Part shown: one piece after another, positions 1 to 12,519 of the stretch | Layout: every line of letters begins with the position of its first letter | Position numbering within the stretch: the first letter of the stretch is position 1 | Source of the DNA: Paramecium tetraurelia | Taxonomy: Eukaryota | Direction: 5' to 3' | Assembly: GCA_000165425.1 (NCBI GenBank) | Contig: CT868672.1 | Location: 116,048-180,047, forward strand | DNA: 64,000 bases | Notes under the pieces: model-generated | What the model saw: only the letters and a program-made list of their open reading frames with translations | The model's database searches: none | What the model was told of the DNA's origin: nothing | Position numbers and translations under genes: made by a program

Positions 1-647
1 TGGAAATCATAATCATATTGATGGTATGCAAACAGAAAAGGAATTAAATTTATGGTGTTGATAATTTCAGCATTTAATTCAAATTCTCTAAATAATTTAA
101 ACTACCTAATAAATATTTTTTAATCCAAAAAATCAGTTCTTTAAACTAATTTTTAGTTATAAAATTAAATTTAGCTAGCTATCTATAATTATTCTTCATT
201 AAAAAAAAAAAAGTTAAATCGTGCTATAATTCTGAATATTAAATTAACTAGATATTAATACATTAGATGTGGGAATACTGTATTTTCCATTTAAAAAATT
301 GATTTCATATATCATAATATTCCTCTCGCCTTTTGCTCTTTAATTTAATAAAAGAAACATTGGTTATTCTCATAGAGTTAAGATATTCATTTTTATAAAA
401 AGCAAATCAAATTATTTTGTGATTGAATAAATTCTTTTTATTTAGAATTCTAATTTTTTATATAATTATTTATGAAAACAATTTCTGGCAATCCATATTT
501 ATAAATTTGATAATAAAGAAATAAAAATAGTTTACTAACATTGAAGTAAATGAAATAACCTATAATTAACCATATAGTATCATATTTAATATAATAAAAA
601 AGTAATAAAAGGTTGATGGTATTAATGCAAAATATAATAGCTGCATA

Positions 648-1535
648 TCATTAAATTGGCCTTTTTGATTTATAATATTCAATTTTGTTATCTTTTTTTT
701 CAATGTCCTCCTTAATTAGTTGCTCTCCTAATCTGGCTAGATCTAAGTAATGATTTTAAGTGGAACAAATATTCTAAATATTAAGATTGCTTACTTCAGA
801 TAAATAGGTTTTAGAGGCTTCTCCTTATTCTAAAAGATCATCTATCATTTCATAGTCTTCAATTTTTTCGAGTTCATATTTCATCATGTATTTATCAAAG
901 TTTGTGTTAAAATCTAAGCATTTGTCATCAATGTCTCTTAATGACTTCAAATGCAAATATAATTTGTATGTTGAATCAAATTATTAAATAATTTATAAAT
1001 TTTGAACTAGAATTTTATTGCTTGCTAATTCATTTTAAGTTATTTAATTAACAATCATTTGCTAATACTTCAATTGATCATATTTTGGTTAAAGAATGCT
1101 TCTCAACTTATCCAGAAATATTGGATGATAAATTAAATCCTTTTCCCATCTTCTAATGACAGCATATGCTTTCTCTAGATCATCAATCTCATCCACTTAA
1201 CTAAGCTAATATTAACTCATTACTATGCATAATCCATAATTAACTTCTTCAACTTCTAGCCAAAGCACTTCACATAGGGATGATCCATCCTTTTAGCATG
1301 TTTTTCGTCAAGGATGATCTAATGAATGAGAAACAAATAGAGTTTCTTTCTCTCTTTTCGAGCACTAACAAACTCATTTTCAATTATGAAGGCAACCATG
1401 CCGCTGTGTTCCGGGAAGGTAGAACAATAAGTTGAAGTTTCTAAAAATGTTAAGTAAATGTTTAGTCATACATTTAATGGAATCTTATAATTCAGTGATT
1501 TCTCTCACTTGTCTCTCCAATTGCTTGATGTCCAT
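648..1535 (-). CDS. CID/RPR-domain (Pol II CTD-interacting, Rtt103/RPRD1-like) protein
   Basis: Ciliate-code translation after two tiny introns: MDIKQLERQVREITELQDSIKQTS...KKLYLFLIHQII...VIRRWEKDLIYHPIFLDKL, which fits the CID helical pattern. TGA at 648-650. Confidence 0.7.
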
Positions 1536-1751
1536 ATTAATATTATTTTTGGAATTATTATCACTTTAATTATTCTTCTTCAAGTTTTGAATTTATCAAC
1601 TAAATATTGTGTCTACTCAAAATATTATAACCACATTAAAATACACATATATGTATGAGAAATAGTAACATAAGCAATAGGATCTCCTTGTAATTGATAT
1701 ATAATAGTCCATAATGAATTAATGATATTAATTACATTCAAATAATAATTT

Positions 1752-3020
1752 ATGAGAAAGATATCTTATGGTTTCACATAATTGATGAAATTGCATTTAC
1801 ATGACTATCATGTCAATCTCAAAGCAAAAATGGTTCCATTTGCTGGATATGAAATGCCTGTTCAATATCCATAGGGTGTTTTGAAGGAGCATTTATATTG
1901 CAGAGAATCATGTGGATTATTTGATGTATCACACATGGGGTAAGTCAAAGTATTTGGAGAGGATAGAGTGAAATTCGTTGAAACCCTAACAACTGGAGAA
2001 TTCTAAAGTATGTATTATTGTCATGAATCAATCAATTAGCAAAGAAATCGGGACAGAGTGTTTTGTGTTTGATTTTGAATGAGAAGGCAGGCATCATAGA
2101 TGACACAATAGTTGCTAAAAGAGATGATCACATGTATCAAATTTGTTCAATAAAAAAGTCACATCGTTGTTAATGCTGGAAATAAGTTTATTGATATGAA
2201 ACAAATGGATAAAATCATTAAGGATTACAACTATAAAGTCTAATATGAGTATCTCAAGGATAAGCCTTTGATTGCAGTGCAAGGTAGTTATATGAAACTA
2301 TTTTTAGGACCAAATGCTCACAAAGCATTGAATGAAGTCTTCGGAACAGAATTCAATTTAGACAAGATACCATTTATGTTTATGGTGAATATCAAAAAGA
2401 ATGGAATAGACTATCAAATCAATAGATGTGGATACACAGGTGAAGATGGCTATGAAATATCTGTTGAGAGTTCTAAAGCATAAGAATTATGTGACAAGTT
2501 ATTGGCAACCAAAATGGCTTAATTCTGTGGTTTGGGAGCCAGAGATTCATTACGTCTAGAGGCTGGTTTATGTTTACATGGCCATGAGATGGATGACACA
2601 ATTTCCCCTTACGAAGCAAAATTAATGTGGACTGTACGAAAGCCAAATGTATTTGACTTTATTTATTTATTATTATAGAAAGAAACTGGAAAATACAATG
2701 AATCTGCTGCTTTTATTGGTCGAGATGCCCTGCCACAAAGACAAAAAGATGCAAAATTCAAAAGAATGGGTTTCATTACTTAATCAGGAATTGCCAGACC
2801 CCCTTGTGATATTGAATTCCAAGGACAGAAGATTGGTTCCGTTACAAGTGGCACATATTCACCTAATTTGAAAAAAGGATTGGGCTTTGCTTTCATTAAT
2901 AATGAATATGCTAAAGATGGAACTTAATTATAAGCAGATATAAGAGGATCCAAAGTAAACATCACTTTGAGTCCAACTCCATTTGTACCATAGAGATATT
3001 ATAAACCAGAGAAAAAGTGA
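1752..3020 (+). CDS. AMT: Aminomethyltransferase (glycine cleavage system T protein), mitochondrial
   Basis: [58 protein letters not shown] and VTSGTYSP motifs. Four tiny introns. Confidence 0.95.
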
Positions 3021-3060
3021 TTAAATTTTTATTAGAAATAATAATCAATAAATTTTTCTA

Positions 3061-4296
3061 TCAATTTTTCTATCGAAGATTTTCTTTACAGAGTTGCTTT
3101 CATAAAATCTGTTTGCAAAGGAAGATTCTTAATCTGAATTTATATGGTAAGATCTTTAATAGTAGCTTTATTGTACTTATTAAATTCTGTTGTATACTAT
3201 CCTTCAAAACTGGCGTTGAATAATTTTGGACTTATTGGACGCATTAATTTTGAAGGAATTCTACTAAATTGTTATTATTAGTAATAAGAAGATGTACTTT
3301 CTTTTACTAAAGACTCGAGATTTTCAGCAAAGGGTCCTCTGATTAAAATTTAATTTCATACATTTTTGCTATCTTTTATAAAGGAGATCTCTCAGTCTTC
3401 ACATTTTTAAATTCTCGAGCATAACTACTTTCTGAGATGAATGGTAAATTCTAGGGTTCAACTGGAGATGTATCTCTTGTTATCTTGCCAGGATATTTAG
3501 GTTTCCAATTTTAAAATTAAGATTTGTAAGTAGATAAATAAGAGGATTAACTTAAACTGGGATTGAAATCCTTTTTTGGAGATGTCATCTACTTTTCTAA
3601 CTTATATGGGAGATATTGGGACTTTAATATATATATTGTGGATACATTGTAGACACTCTCTGTATATAATTATTTAAGGTCTTTCCCCCACATTTAATCA
3701 TGAGCCTTTGATTAATCTAATTGAACATCTTGATTTCCAATATTGACATTTTAATAATCTTTATTGTACTAACTTTATATAGCTTTTAATTGAATTTAAT
3801 TTTTAAGTGCTTACAATTTAGATTGTTTGAGATAAAGAGCTATTAATAAATGTCTAAAAATACTCATAATCCCTAAAAAAAAGGCTTGGTTTGATTCAAT
3901 TACTCCTTCTATAGTCTAAGATTTTTAAACTAAATCACTCCAAATTGGATGATCTGTTGGAAATATTTCGATAACAGTTTGATATAAACTCTTATCTGAA
4001 TGTAAAGACTCTAGTTTTGGTAGTAAATTTAATTTATTTTTTTATAGAGAACTGTGTAATCTTTGTTTCTGCTGTTTTAACTCCTCATTTTGCTATCCAT
4101 CATAATAATTTTTTCTTATTTCAATCCTATCAGTAAGTGGTAAGAGATTGTTTTTTTATTTAAGCTAAGATTGCTTTTTGGGTGATTATTATTATGTCTA
4201 CTCCTAAGACATTTTCCCTTAGCTGAAAGATTTATTCGTTGAAGGAAACAAGTCGCTACTTTGAAGTACAGGCTTAAATTCATTCCGGAAAAACAT
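3061..4296 (-). CDS. Uncharacterised low-complexity (Q/K/S-rich) protein
   Basis: Long ciliate-code frame starting MFFRNEFKPVLQSSDLFPS. Convergent with AMT. No domain recognised. Confidence 0.6.
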
Positions 4297-4691
4297 TAAT
4301 ATATATATAATTTAATAATTATCATAATATTATCTTCCAAATTTTTATCAACTCTTATATCCTTAAATTTCCTCTCTTTTTATAATAATATTATTTAAAG
4401 TAATATTTCTGACTTTGAAATAAGCTTATAACTTTAAAATTGAAATCAAAAATAAAATAGATTTTGAAGTGTTCCTCTCTTCTTTGACTAAAAGAAAAGT
4501 GTCCTTAACTTAAATAACCTTATTAATTAACTATATCTTAAATGCTATATACTAAAGCAAAAAAAAAAAGAATAATATTTTGAGTTTTATCTAAATCTAT
4601 TCAGATTAAATAATTTTATTCTATGATTCTAATTAAATACTGAATGTATTATAAATAAAGTTCAAAATAGAATACAAATTAAGTATTAAGA

Positions 4692-5720
4692 ATGGCTTCA
4701 TTAAAAAAAGATTTTTAGTCAAAATTAGATATAAGAAGTAAAAGATGTTTATTAATGATATATATTTATAGAAAATTCTAATAAAGTTGTAGAAACCTGA
4801 AGAACTTTATTTTTAATTATAAATAATGAAGGAATGGTGATTTATAAACAATTATCTTTTTTCTTATCAATAATTTGCGAAGAAATAATACAATTATGAT
4901 CTTCAAAATTAAATTACTTTATTTAAGATGTTATAACTTTTTATAATCTATTTTAAAGAATAGATATACTCTAACAAAAGTTCCAGAATTGAACTAAAAT
5001 ATTTTTAATGTTCTTTCTTAAATTAACATTAAAAATAATCACTAATATCATATCCATTATTATTGGAAAAGAATTATTTTAAAATCAATCTAAAATCTTA
5101 ATCAAAATATCTTAATGATTTTATGGCAATTAGGTGATCAGGTCATATCTTAAGCTACAAAGGTTGATTTTAGTGAAGAAATTAAGATATTATCGTTTTT
5201 ATTATATAGTAACTAAAGATTAAAGTCACATTATTAACTCATCTATTCATATTTGTTTATTATATAAAATAAATCATCAAAATCCAAGGTGCATGCTATA
5301 GTAAACTATATCTCCTTCTTTCAGATTTGCCTATTAGATTGTTTGATTATCATGCAATTCATCTTAGCCATGAGTTAATCTACAATTTGCAAGGACTGAG
5401 CCTTCTTTTTCACAGAACAGTTATTTCAATTGAAGCACTGTATCATTTGGATTTACCTAAAATTCTAAATGCTATTCCATCATATTACAGATTATGATTT
5501 TCATTTTAATAAAATTATATAACTCATAAATTTAATCGCACTTTAATATTGCTCATAATCATCCAAATTTCTAATATTTAGATTCTTTTTTCAATGTGAA
5601 TGTATTATATGTATGGCTCATTTTTATCGAATTAGTCATAAGAGATAAGAATTATGGAAAAAATTGAATTTAATTTTAGGAATTTTAAGTCAAATGCTAT
5701 TAACATTAAATATTCAAAAA
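4692..5720 (+). pseudogene. Probable decayed protein-coding relic
   Basis: ATG plus an intron-like GT..AG and an open stretch of about 140 codons (~4978-5399). TGA stops occur in all frames near the 5' end and I could not build a continuous model. Confidence 0.3.
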
Positions 5721-5825
5721 AATTATTGTAAGTGATGCAACTTCAAGTAGTTTATGGATAAGCAAAAAAGAATAATGTGAATGTTAAAGACAGGAATATT
5801 AATTTTTATATTATTTATAAATTAA

Positions 5826-6323
5826 ATGCAAAGTGGATTTTCGGTTTGCAGAAGAAAGGCTGGATAAACTTTCAGAAAGACTCTTGGATTATATAATTAT
5901 AAATTGGGACATTAGCAATATCATAAAGAACCTGGGAGTGTGTCTTTGAATGCAGTGGAGTAATTAAAAAATGTAAAATATGCAAAATAGTTTGAATAGA
6001 CAAATACTTATGAAGGCAGAATGAGGATTAGGAAATTGAGACTGGAAAGTGATAGAGTATTTGGAAAATTTGTTGGAAGTAATTGAATTATTATAAAATA
6101 AGGCAAATTTGTGGTTGATAAGAGTAGAATTCCTTAATACGATATACCAGATTTGACCGGGTTTGAAGTATTATAATGACTATTTTAGCTTAAACCTTAT
6201 GTATCATACCACACTCCTTAGGTGGATAAGGAGACTTAGGTGAAATTAGAAAGAATGAATGATTTTAATTTAACAGAGAATTTGGTACCTCGCTCGGAAA
6301 CAAAATTATTAGAGAAGAAATGA
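5826..6323 (+). CDS. MRPL41: Mitochondrial ribosomal protein mL41 (MRP-L27)
   Basis: GKFVVDKSRIPQYDIPDLTGFE|LKPYVSY signature, split by tiny introns. Confidence 0.85.
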
Positions 6324-6415
6324 CGCATCAAATATTAAGAATTTTAAATACCCAATCTTAAATTTCATACTCTCTTATTCTATCTTTTTTTATTTTTATT
6401 AATTATATTCAAAAT

Positions 6416-7209
6416 ATGAGTTCCAAAAGAAGGGTAGGAATAGCCCATTTCCTCCTCAGAACCTTTGAAATGCTGGATGTACAAAATTATAATTATAGAA
6501 TTCCAACAGACGCCAAAGCTTAAACATCTGATAGAGTGGTCAACGTGTGGTGAGATGTTCTATATCAAAAACGCTAGGGAATTTGCTAATAAAGTATAGT
6601 CAAGATTCAAATTTATTTCTTAGGTGCTCCCATAATATTTCAGACATAGGAACTTTTAATCTTTCTTACGACAATTGAATATGTATAACTTTGTTAAGAA
6701 ACGGTTGAAGAATGGCTGGAATCAGTTTTAACACAAGTATTTCAAAAGGGAAGCCAAGTATATTATTTAAGATTATTATCAATCTCTTTAGAAATCTACT
6801 TATACATGTTCACCGCCGAAGCAATGGTTAATAATCTGATGAGGAAGAACAAACAAGTATTTTCTAATCGCTACTTTTAGACCAATAAGACTCAATCAAA
6901 AAACAATAAGAATAATTGCAATAAATCAAATATCTCTAAAATGATATTGTTCTTACCTCAAGCCTCCTCTATCAATAATCAGTAATTCTATAAAGCAACT
7001 TCTAACGTCTCAAGAATGTATTATCTTTCCGCTTAAATTAGAAATTATTGTATCAGTATATTGAGGAACAGAAACAAGAAAAATTCCTCTTTAACACTTT
7101 CTCTCTTTTAAATAAATCACAATCCGATTCCCCCAAGTTAACTTAAACCATACTCACTCAGAATCACAAAGAAACAGATCAGGAACCATAATTATTTGTA
7201 CTCTCTTGA
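6416..7209 (+). CDS. HSF-type DNA-binding domain transcription factor
   Basis: FLLRTFEML, IEWSTCGEMFYIKNAREFANK|VLPQYFRHRNFQSFLRQLNMYNFVK, FQHKYFKR, followed by a coiled-coil. Confidence 0.9.
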
Positions 7210-7669
7210 TTAGCAAGATTTTTTATACATCATCCTTCAGAAAAAATATTCATTTTATAAAACTATATTTAACATTTGACTGTTACATTTCCAATCACAT
7301 TCTTTCAAAATGCAAATGACACTCTAATAGTGCATAATTGCCTATATTACTTCCCAAAATTAAAGTTTATATATTCGAAAATGAAAGCAATTCTGTATGT
7401 GTATAACTTAAAATATAAATATCTTAATTTTCATTAAATATTTATTTTAAATACATAAATAATTACTAAAATTGTATCATTTTTTAAACACTTGTATTAC
7501 AACATTACAACCTTTTGTACTTCTGTTTTAAGAAAACAGAGCCTTTTTAATATGCTTAATAACGTCGCGTTATTTAATTTAAGGAATAAATCAATAGATT
7601 TCTGTATTAAATTTAATAATATATATGAGTTCTTAATAAAATAAATAGAAAGATGTAGTCAATAAATAA

Positions 7670-8869
7670 ATGATATTTGCACTGAATCCAAAGCAAGATT
7701 TCAATTTAGGAGATCCAATCAAAATTAATAAAGCAAATAGTTATGATCCTACAAGCATGAAAAATGAACCATTACAAAAACCAATAAACTAAATATCCAA
7801 TTCAAACATGGGAACATTTCAAGACAAAGATTAATCAGTAAACTCTATTATTATCATGTTAGAAGCAAACTAACGAGGCTAAAAATTAGAAGAAATAAAA
7901 TAAAATTAAGTACATCGCAACCCGGTAATTGTGTCAATATATTTATTTAGTTCAATTGCTGGATTGAAGGCCTATACAAAGGCTTAGAAAGATAATTAAG
8001 ATTCCTTATTCTACAAGTTGGAAATAAATAAGTAAGCTGATAAGAACTTATTTCTTTTGGCTGATGGTCACGGTGAATAAGGAGCGAAAGTATCATAATA
8101 TGCAATAAAACAACTTTCTGATTGCATTTATGATATGATAGAGTCCATGAACACCCAGCCAAAATTTGTAGAGCAACTAAATTCAAATATAATTACAACA
8201 TTCTAAAAAATTGAATCCAATATAGTAAGTATTATATCCTATGATTAGGTAAACTTATCTAATATCGATACTACAGATAGTGGCACTACAATGAATATGG
8301 TTTTAACTTTCGAAAATTATTTAATATCTGCCAACATTGGAGACACAAGGACATTCTATTTTTAAAGAAGTGATAAACCAGATTAGCTTGGACCTGTCAC
8401 TTTGAGAATTAAATAGTTGTCAAATTAACATACTCCTGAGAAAGAAATAGAATCACAAAGGATTTTGGAATCAGGTGGAAAAATAGAATAGGACACTTAA
8501 GGCTTTCAAAAAACAGGACCATTAAAAGTGAAATCAAAAAAATAAGATATCAAAGGTGTCACTATTACAAGATCATTTGGAGATATCTAGGCAAAACAAG
8601 TTGGAATCATTTCACTTCCTGACATTCATACTTTCCAAATTTAACAAGAAGGTTTTTTGGTACTAGCCACTGGGTCGATTCTGGACATGATTGATATTAT
8701 AGACATTTGTAGAATATTGACTCCAATCACTCCTCCAAATAGTTAAGCGGCCATTGAAAATGCAGCAGGACAAATTGTGGAAGAGGCAAGAAAGAAGGCA
8801 AAGCTTTAACCTGATATATAGGATGATTATTCATTGATTTTAGTGTATATTGAAATAGATTTAGCTTGA
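7670..8869 (+). CDS. PP2C/PPM-family phosphatase-like protein with a degenerate DG motif
   Basis: NQDS, ADGHG, DSGTT, ANIGDTR, ESQRILESGG and TRSFGD are present. The canonical LASDGLWD reads LATGSILD. Confidence 0.85.
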
Positions 8870-8925
8870 AATCCTTATAGCAATTCTATATATATAATTT
8901 AAAGAGTTAGCTACGTATATTAATA

Positions 8926-10863
8926 TCAGCATTAAAAACGCACAGTTCTTTTGTAATATAAAGATTTCGCCTTTACTTTCTTCTCTCTCAAAATTCCTGC
9001 TTTATGTTGTTCTTGATTTAGACCATTAATTGAACGAATGGACTTGATTTCACTTTTTAAAGATTCATAAGTGGGACTCTAATTTTTGATCCACTATTGA
9101 AGAGGTGATTGGCTTGTTTCACAATTTCTAGCGCAATTAAATGTGGCATTTCTATTTGATTCTCTATTAATCTATTCTTCCTTGCTTTCTTATGAAGTTC
9201 TCAAGTTTAATTTTTATTTTTTCTTATTGAAAATTTATGATATGTCTCCGCCGAAGGATTTTATTTGGTTTTTTATAATCTGTTTCTGTTGCTGAACCCC
9301 AAATTAGAAGCTAGATTGGAATTATTAGGCACAACCATTTGTTTGCTTTTAAGATTTTCTGGTATCTACATCTAATTCGTTGATTTCATCCATAGTTTCT
9401 TCTCTACTATTGATTTAATTGATTTCAAAGATCGGTCTCTTTATCTAATTTCTATGAGAAATGGGTTTGATTAACACCAATTTGTATTAAATTTCGTTTT
9501 GATCAATTGTTTGATGCTACATCTAACAACTCTGCCCCATATTTTATAACTTTATTTAAATTAGTAAAATATATAGAAATTAACTATTAATTATATCAAT
9601 TACTTCTTTGATCAACCAATTACCTGATTTAATCCATGATATTGCTCATCGATGACGCCTTACTATTTTTGGTGGCCATATCTGAGAATCTTTGCTCAAA
9701 ATACTTTATTAGGGATTCAATTGAAAATACAATATTATCCTATGACTATTGGATAAAGTAAGTACCAATTATCTTTGATTTATCTATTGAGTTATCTTAT
9801 TAATAACTTCTTTTCCTTCTTTATCAATTGATTCATCTAAATAAAAGCATTTTTAGATCATCAATAGCAACATCATAATGACATTGGAATATGTCTTGGT
9901 AACCTTTTGTGTTTTTTTGAGATTGTTAACTAGTTCAATAGATTAATTGGATTCTGTGCTGTTGTGGTGCTTTAAATAATCATTATTCTCTTTATTGTAT
10001 CTATTGGTATTTCCATTGTATTGAGACTACTCTGTGATACTATACTATTTATAAGATTGGATCTTTTTCTTTAGTAGTCCATTAGTTTCATTCAACAATT
10101 GTAGTTGATTCTGAGTTTCATCCAGGGTTTTTGTGATTTCTTAATTTAATTTGGTCAAATAAATAATTTGTGATTACTATTTTTCATACTTAGATTGCAA
10201 CTCTTGATATTGTAATTGTTGCTTTTATATTTAGTTCTGTGACTATTCCAATTACTCAAGCAATTAGGTAAATAGAGCATATGAATCATTTTCGTATAAT
10301 TCATTTTATAAGTTCTCATCTTGATTATATTGCACATTTTTATCCTCTTCAGTGTTTAATGTGCGATTTGAATTCTTGGTCATGTTTTCTCTGCTTTAAC
10401 TAAGATCATTCTCCGCACTGATTTCTTCAATTGAACTAGATAGAGCATAATAATGAATTTTACGATCTCATTTGGTACAATTTAAGAAACTTCTTCTATA
10501 ATGGAAATTAGGCTGTGTCAGGTGAACCAATTTGAATTGAAGAGTTTACACTATTTTAATTTTGGGAGAATGGTAATCTGCTTGGATTGAAATTGTTATT
10601 TGAATTCAATCCAAATGAACACCGAACAGATGATAATTTCTAATTTTCTTATTAAGGATGAGGTGAAAATTGTAATAATTATTGTACCTCATTTAGCTTT
10701 GAATTTAATATAATATATTTACTTTTTCATGATCTGATGACTTTTTAATTTGAATTGCGCTATCAATTTCTGCATTATATCTTAGAGAATCAATTTATTA
10801 ATCATCATCGAAATGATCATCCAATTCTGAAAAGTTTATTCTTTTTTTTGGGTAACTAGACAT
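8926..10863 (-). CDS. Uncharacterised Q/S-rich protein with a C-terminal RVxF-like motif
   Basis: Long ciliate-code frame from MSSYPKKRINFSELDDHF to ...YYKRTVRFQC-TGA. Internal intron(s) not fully resolved. Confidence 0.6.
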
Positions 10864-10933
10864 ATTTGTTAATATTTAAATTTGTAATCAAATAATATTA
10901 ATAATACATATATAAATCGTTTTTTTAGAAGGA

Positions 10934-12261
10934 ATGAACTTTAAATATTTGTTACTCTTTTAATTGATCCTTTTATGTGTAGCACACAATCAAGGGAAAT
11001 CAGTTAAGTTATCGAAAAAGCAAGCTCATCATAAGCATCATAAATCTCAAAAGTTTTTGGATAGTATAATGGTAATTTTATAATGATAATTAAAAAAGGA
11101 CGTAAATGAGGATTCAATAGAACTGTTACTCTAAAAGCACGAAGTAAATTCATACAAAATCAAAAGAACTTCTATTTGGCTGAAATGACAGTTGGTACAC
11201 CCGAATAAAAATTAACTGTTTTAATTGATACAGGAAGCCCAAATCTACTACTTACTTCATCTCTCTGCTAATAAAACAGTTGCATTCAACATGGTTCATA
11301 CAATCCATCCTTATCAACTACATCATACTACATTGAAGCCATCAAATTAGCAAATGTACATTGTGTATATGTACCTAGGGAGAAGTAGGCAATGAGATTG
11401 ACATTCAATTTGCATCAGGAAGTGTAGTTGGTGTATTTTTTGAGGACAGAGTGTGTCTGAATCAATACTGTGTCAATAACCAGTTTATTGTTGGCATAGT
11501 AGAACAGTCAGAGGATGTAATCTATAAATTGAATCTTAGATATTTAGTCAAATGAAATTCGATGGGATATTGGGTTTGGGACGAATTAAGGAAGCAGTTG
11601 TCAAAAATGCTTCCTACATTCACAACCTAGAATATGATGTAAGATATCATGTAACTCTTTTTAAAGACTGACACTCGAAATTTTTCACTGTATTTGAGTA
11701 ATAGAGATGATGATGATATGTCAAGTGAGCTAATTCTTGGAGGCATTTCTTTGCATTTGATTGCTCCTGGAGAGGAATTCAAATTCTTTGACGTTACATC
11801 AGATAATCTCTGGACAATCAACATTAAAGCAGTGTTTTTGGGGGATTAAAGAATTGATGATTGCAATAATTGCCAAGGTCTTATTGATTCTGGCACATCA
11901 TTCATTAGTTTCCCTGTTTATGCTATGGAGAAATTTTATTAGAAATTTGGAGTGTAATATTAAACATGATTTAAATTTTAGTTATCAATTGTGCAGCAAT
12001 ATTGATACATTTCCAGATCTGACATTTGTTTTGGATAGAGGGATCAAATTTACATTAGCAGGATCATAATATTTCAAAAGAAACACTCATGCCTTATTCT
12101 CAAAAGACATTTGTATTCCATATATTAAAAATAATCCAATTATTGGAGATGAACTAATTGTTTTAGGATAGCCATTTCTCATCCATCACTATGTTTGGTT
12201 TGACGAAGATCAATCGAAAATTGGAATTGTTAAATCTAAATAACAATCTCATCAATCCTGA
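10934..12261 (+). CDS. Secreted pepsin-like (A1) aspartic protease
   Basis: Signal-peptide-like start MNFKYLLLF. Both catalytic motifs (LIDTGS, IDSGTS) plus FDGILGLG and VLGQPFL. Confidence 0.92.
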
Positions 12262-12519
12262 TCATAATCATGATTTTACGCATTATAAATTAATTATATG
12301 TATATGAATTACCATTAATAAGTAATTGTTAATATTTTTAAAAACATAATGAATAATTTATTAGTCTCATTAAAGCTAGGTTTCTTTTAATATATTTTGC
12401 TTATATTTTAGTTATTTGATATGAGGACAGGAGAATTTTGACTTTTAAATCAATACTAGAAGTTTTATATAATAAAGAATTATATAAAATTGTACATTAT
12501 AATTAATAATTTCTTTTAT

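Noticed and set aside
7535..7578. GCCTTTT (U5-loop-like) and the small AATAACG/CGTTATT hairpin
   Set aside because: No GCCUUUUAC loop, enclosing stem or Sm site. A 7-bp AT-rich hairpin is expected by chance.
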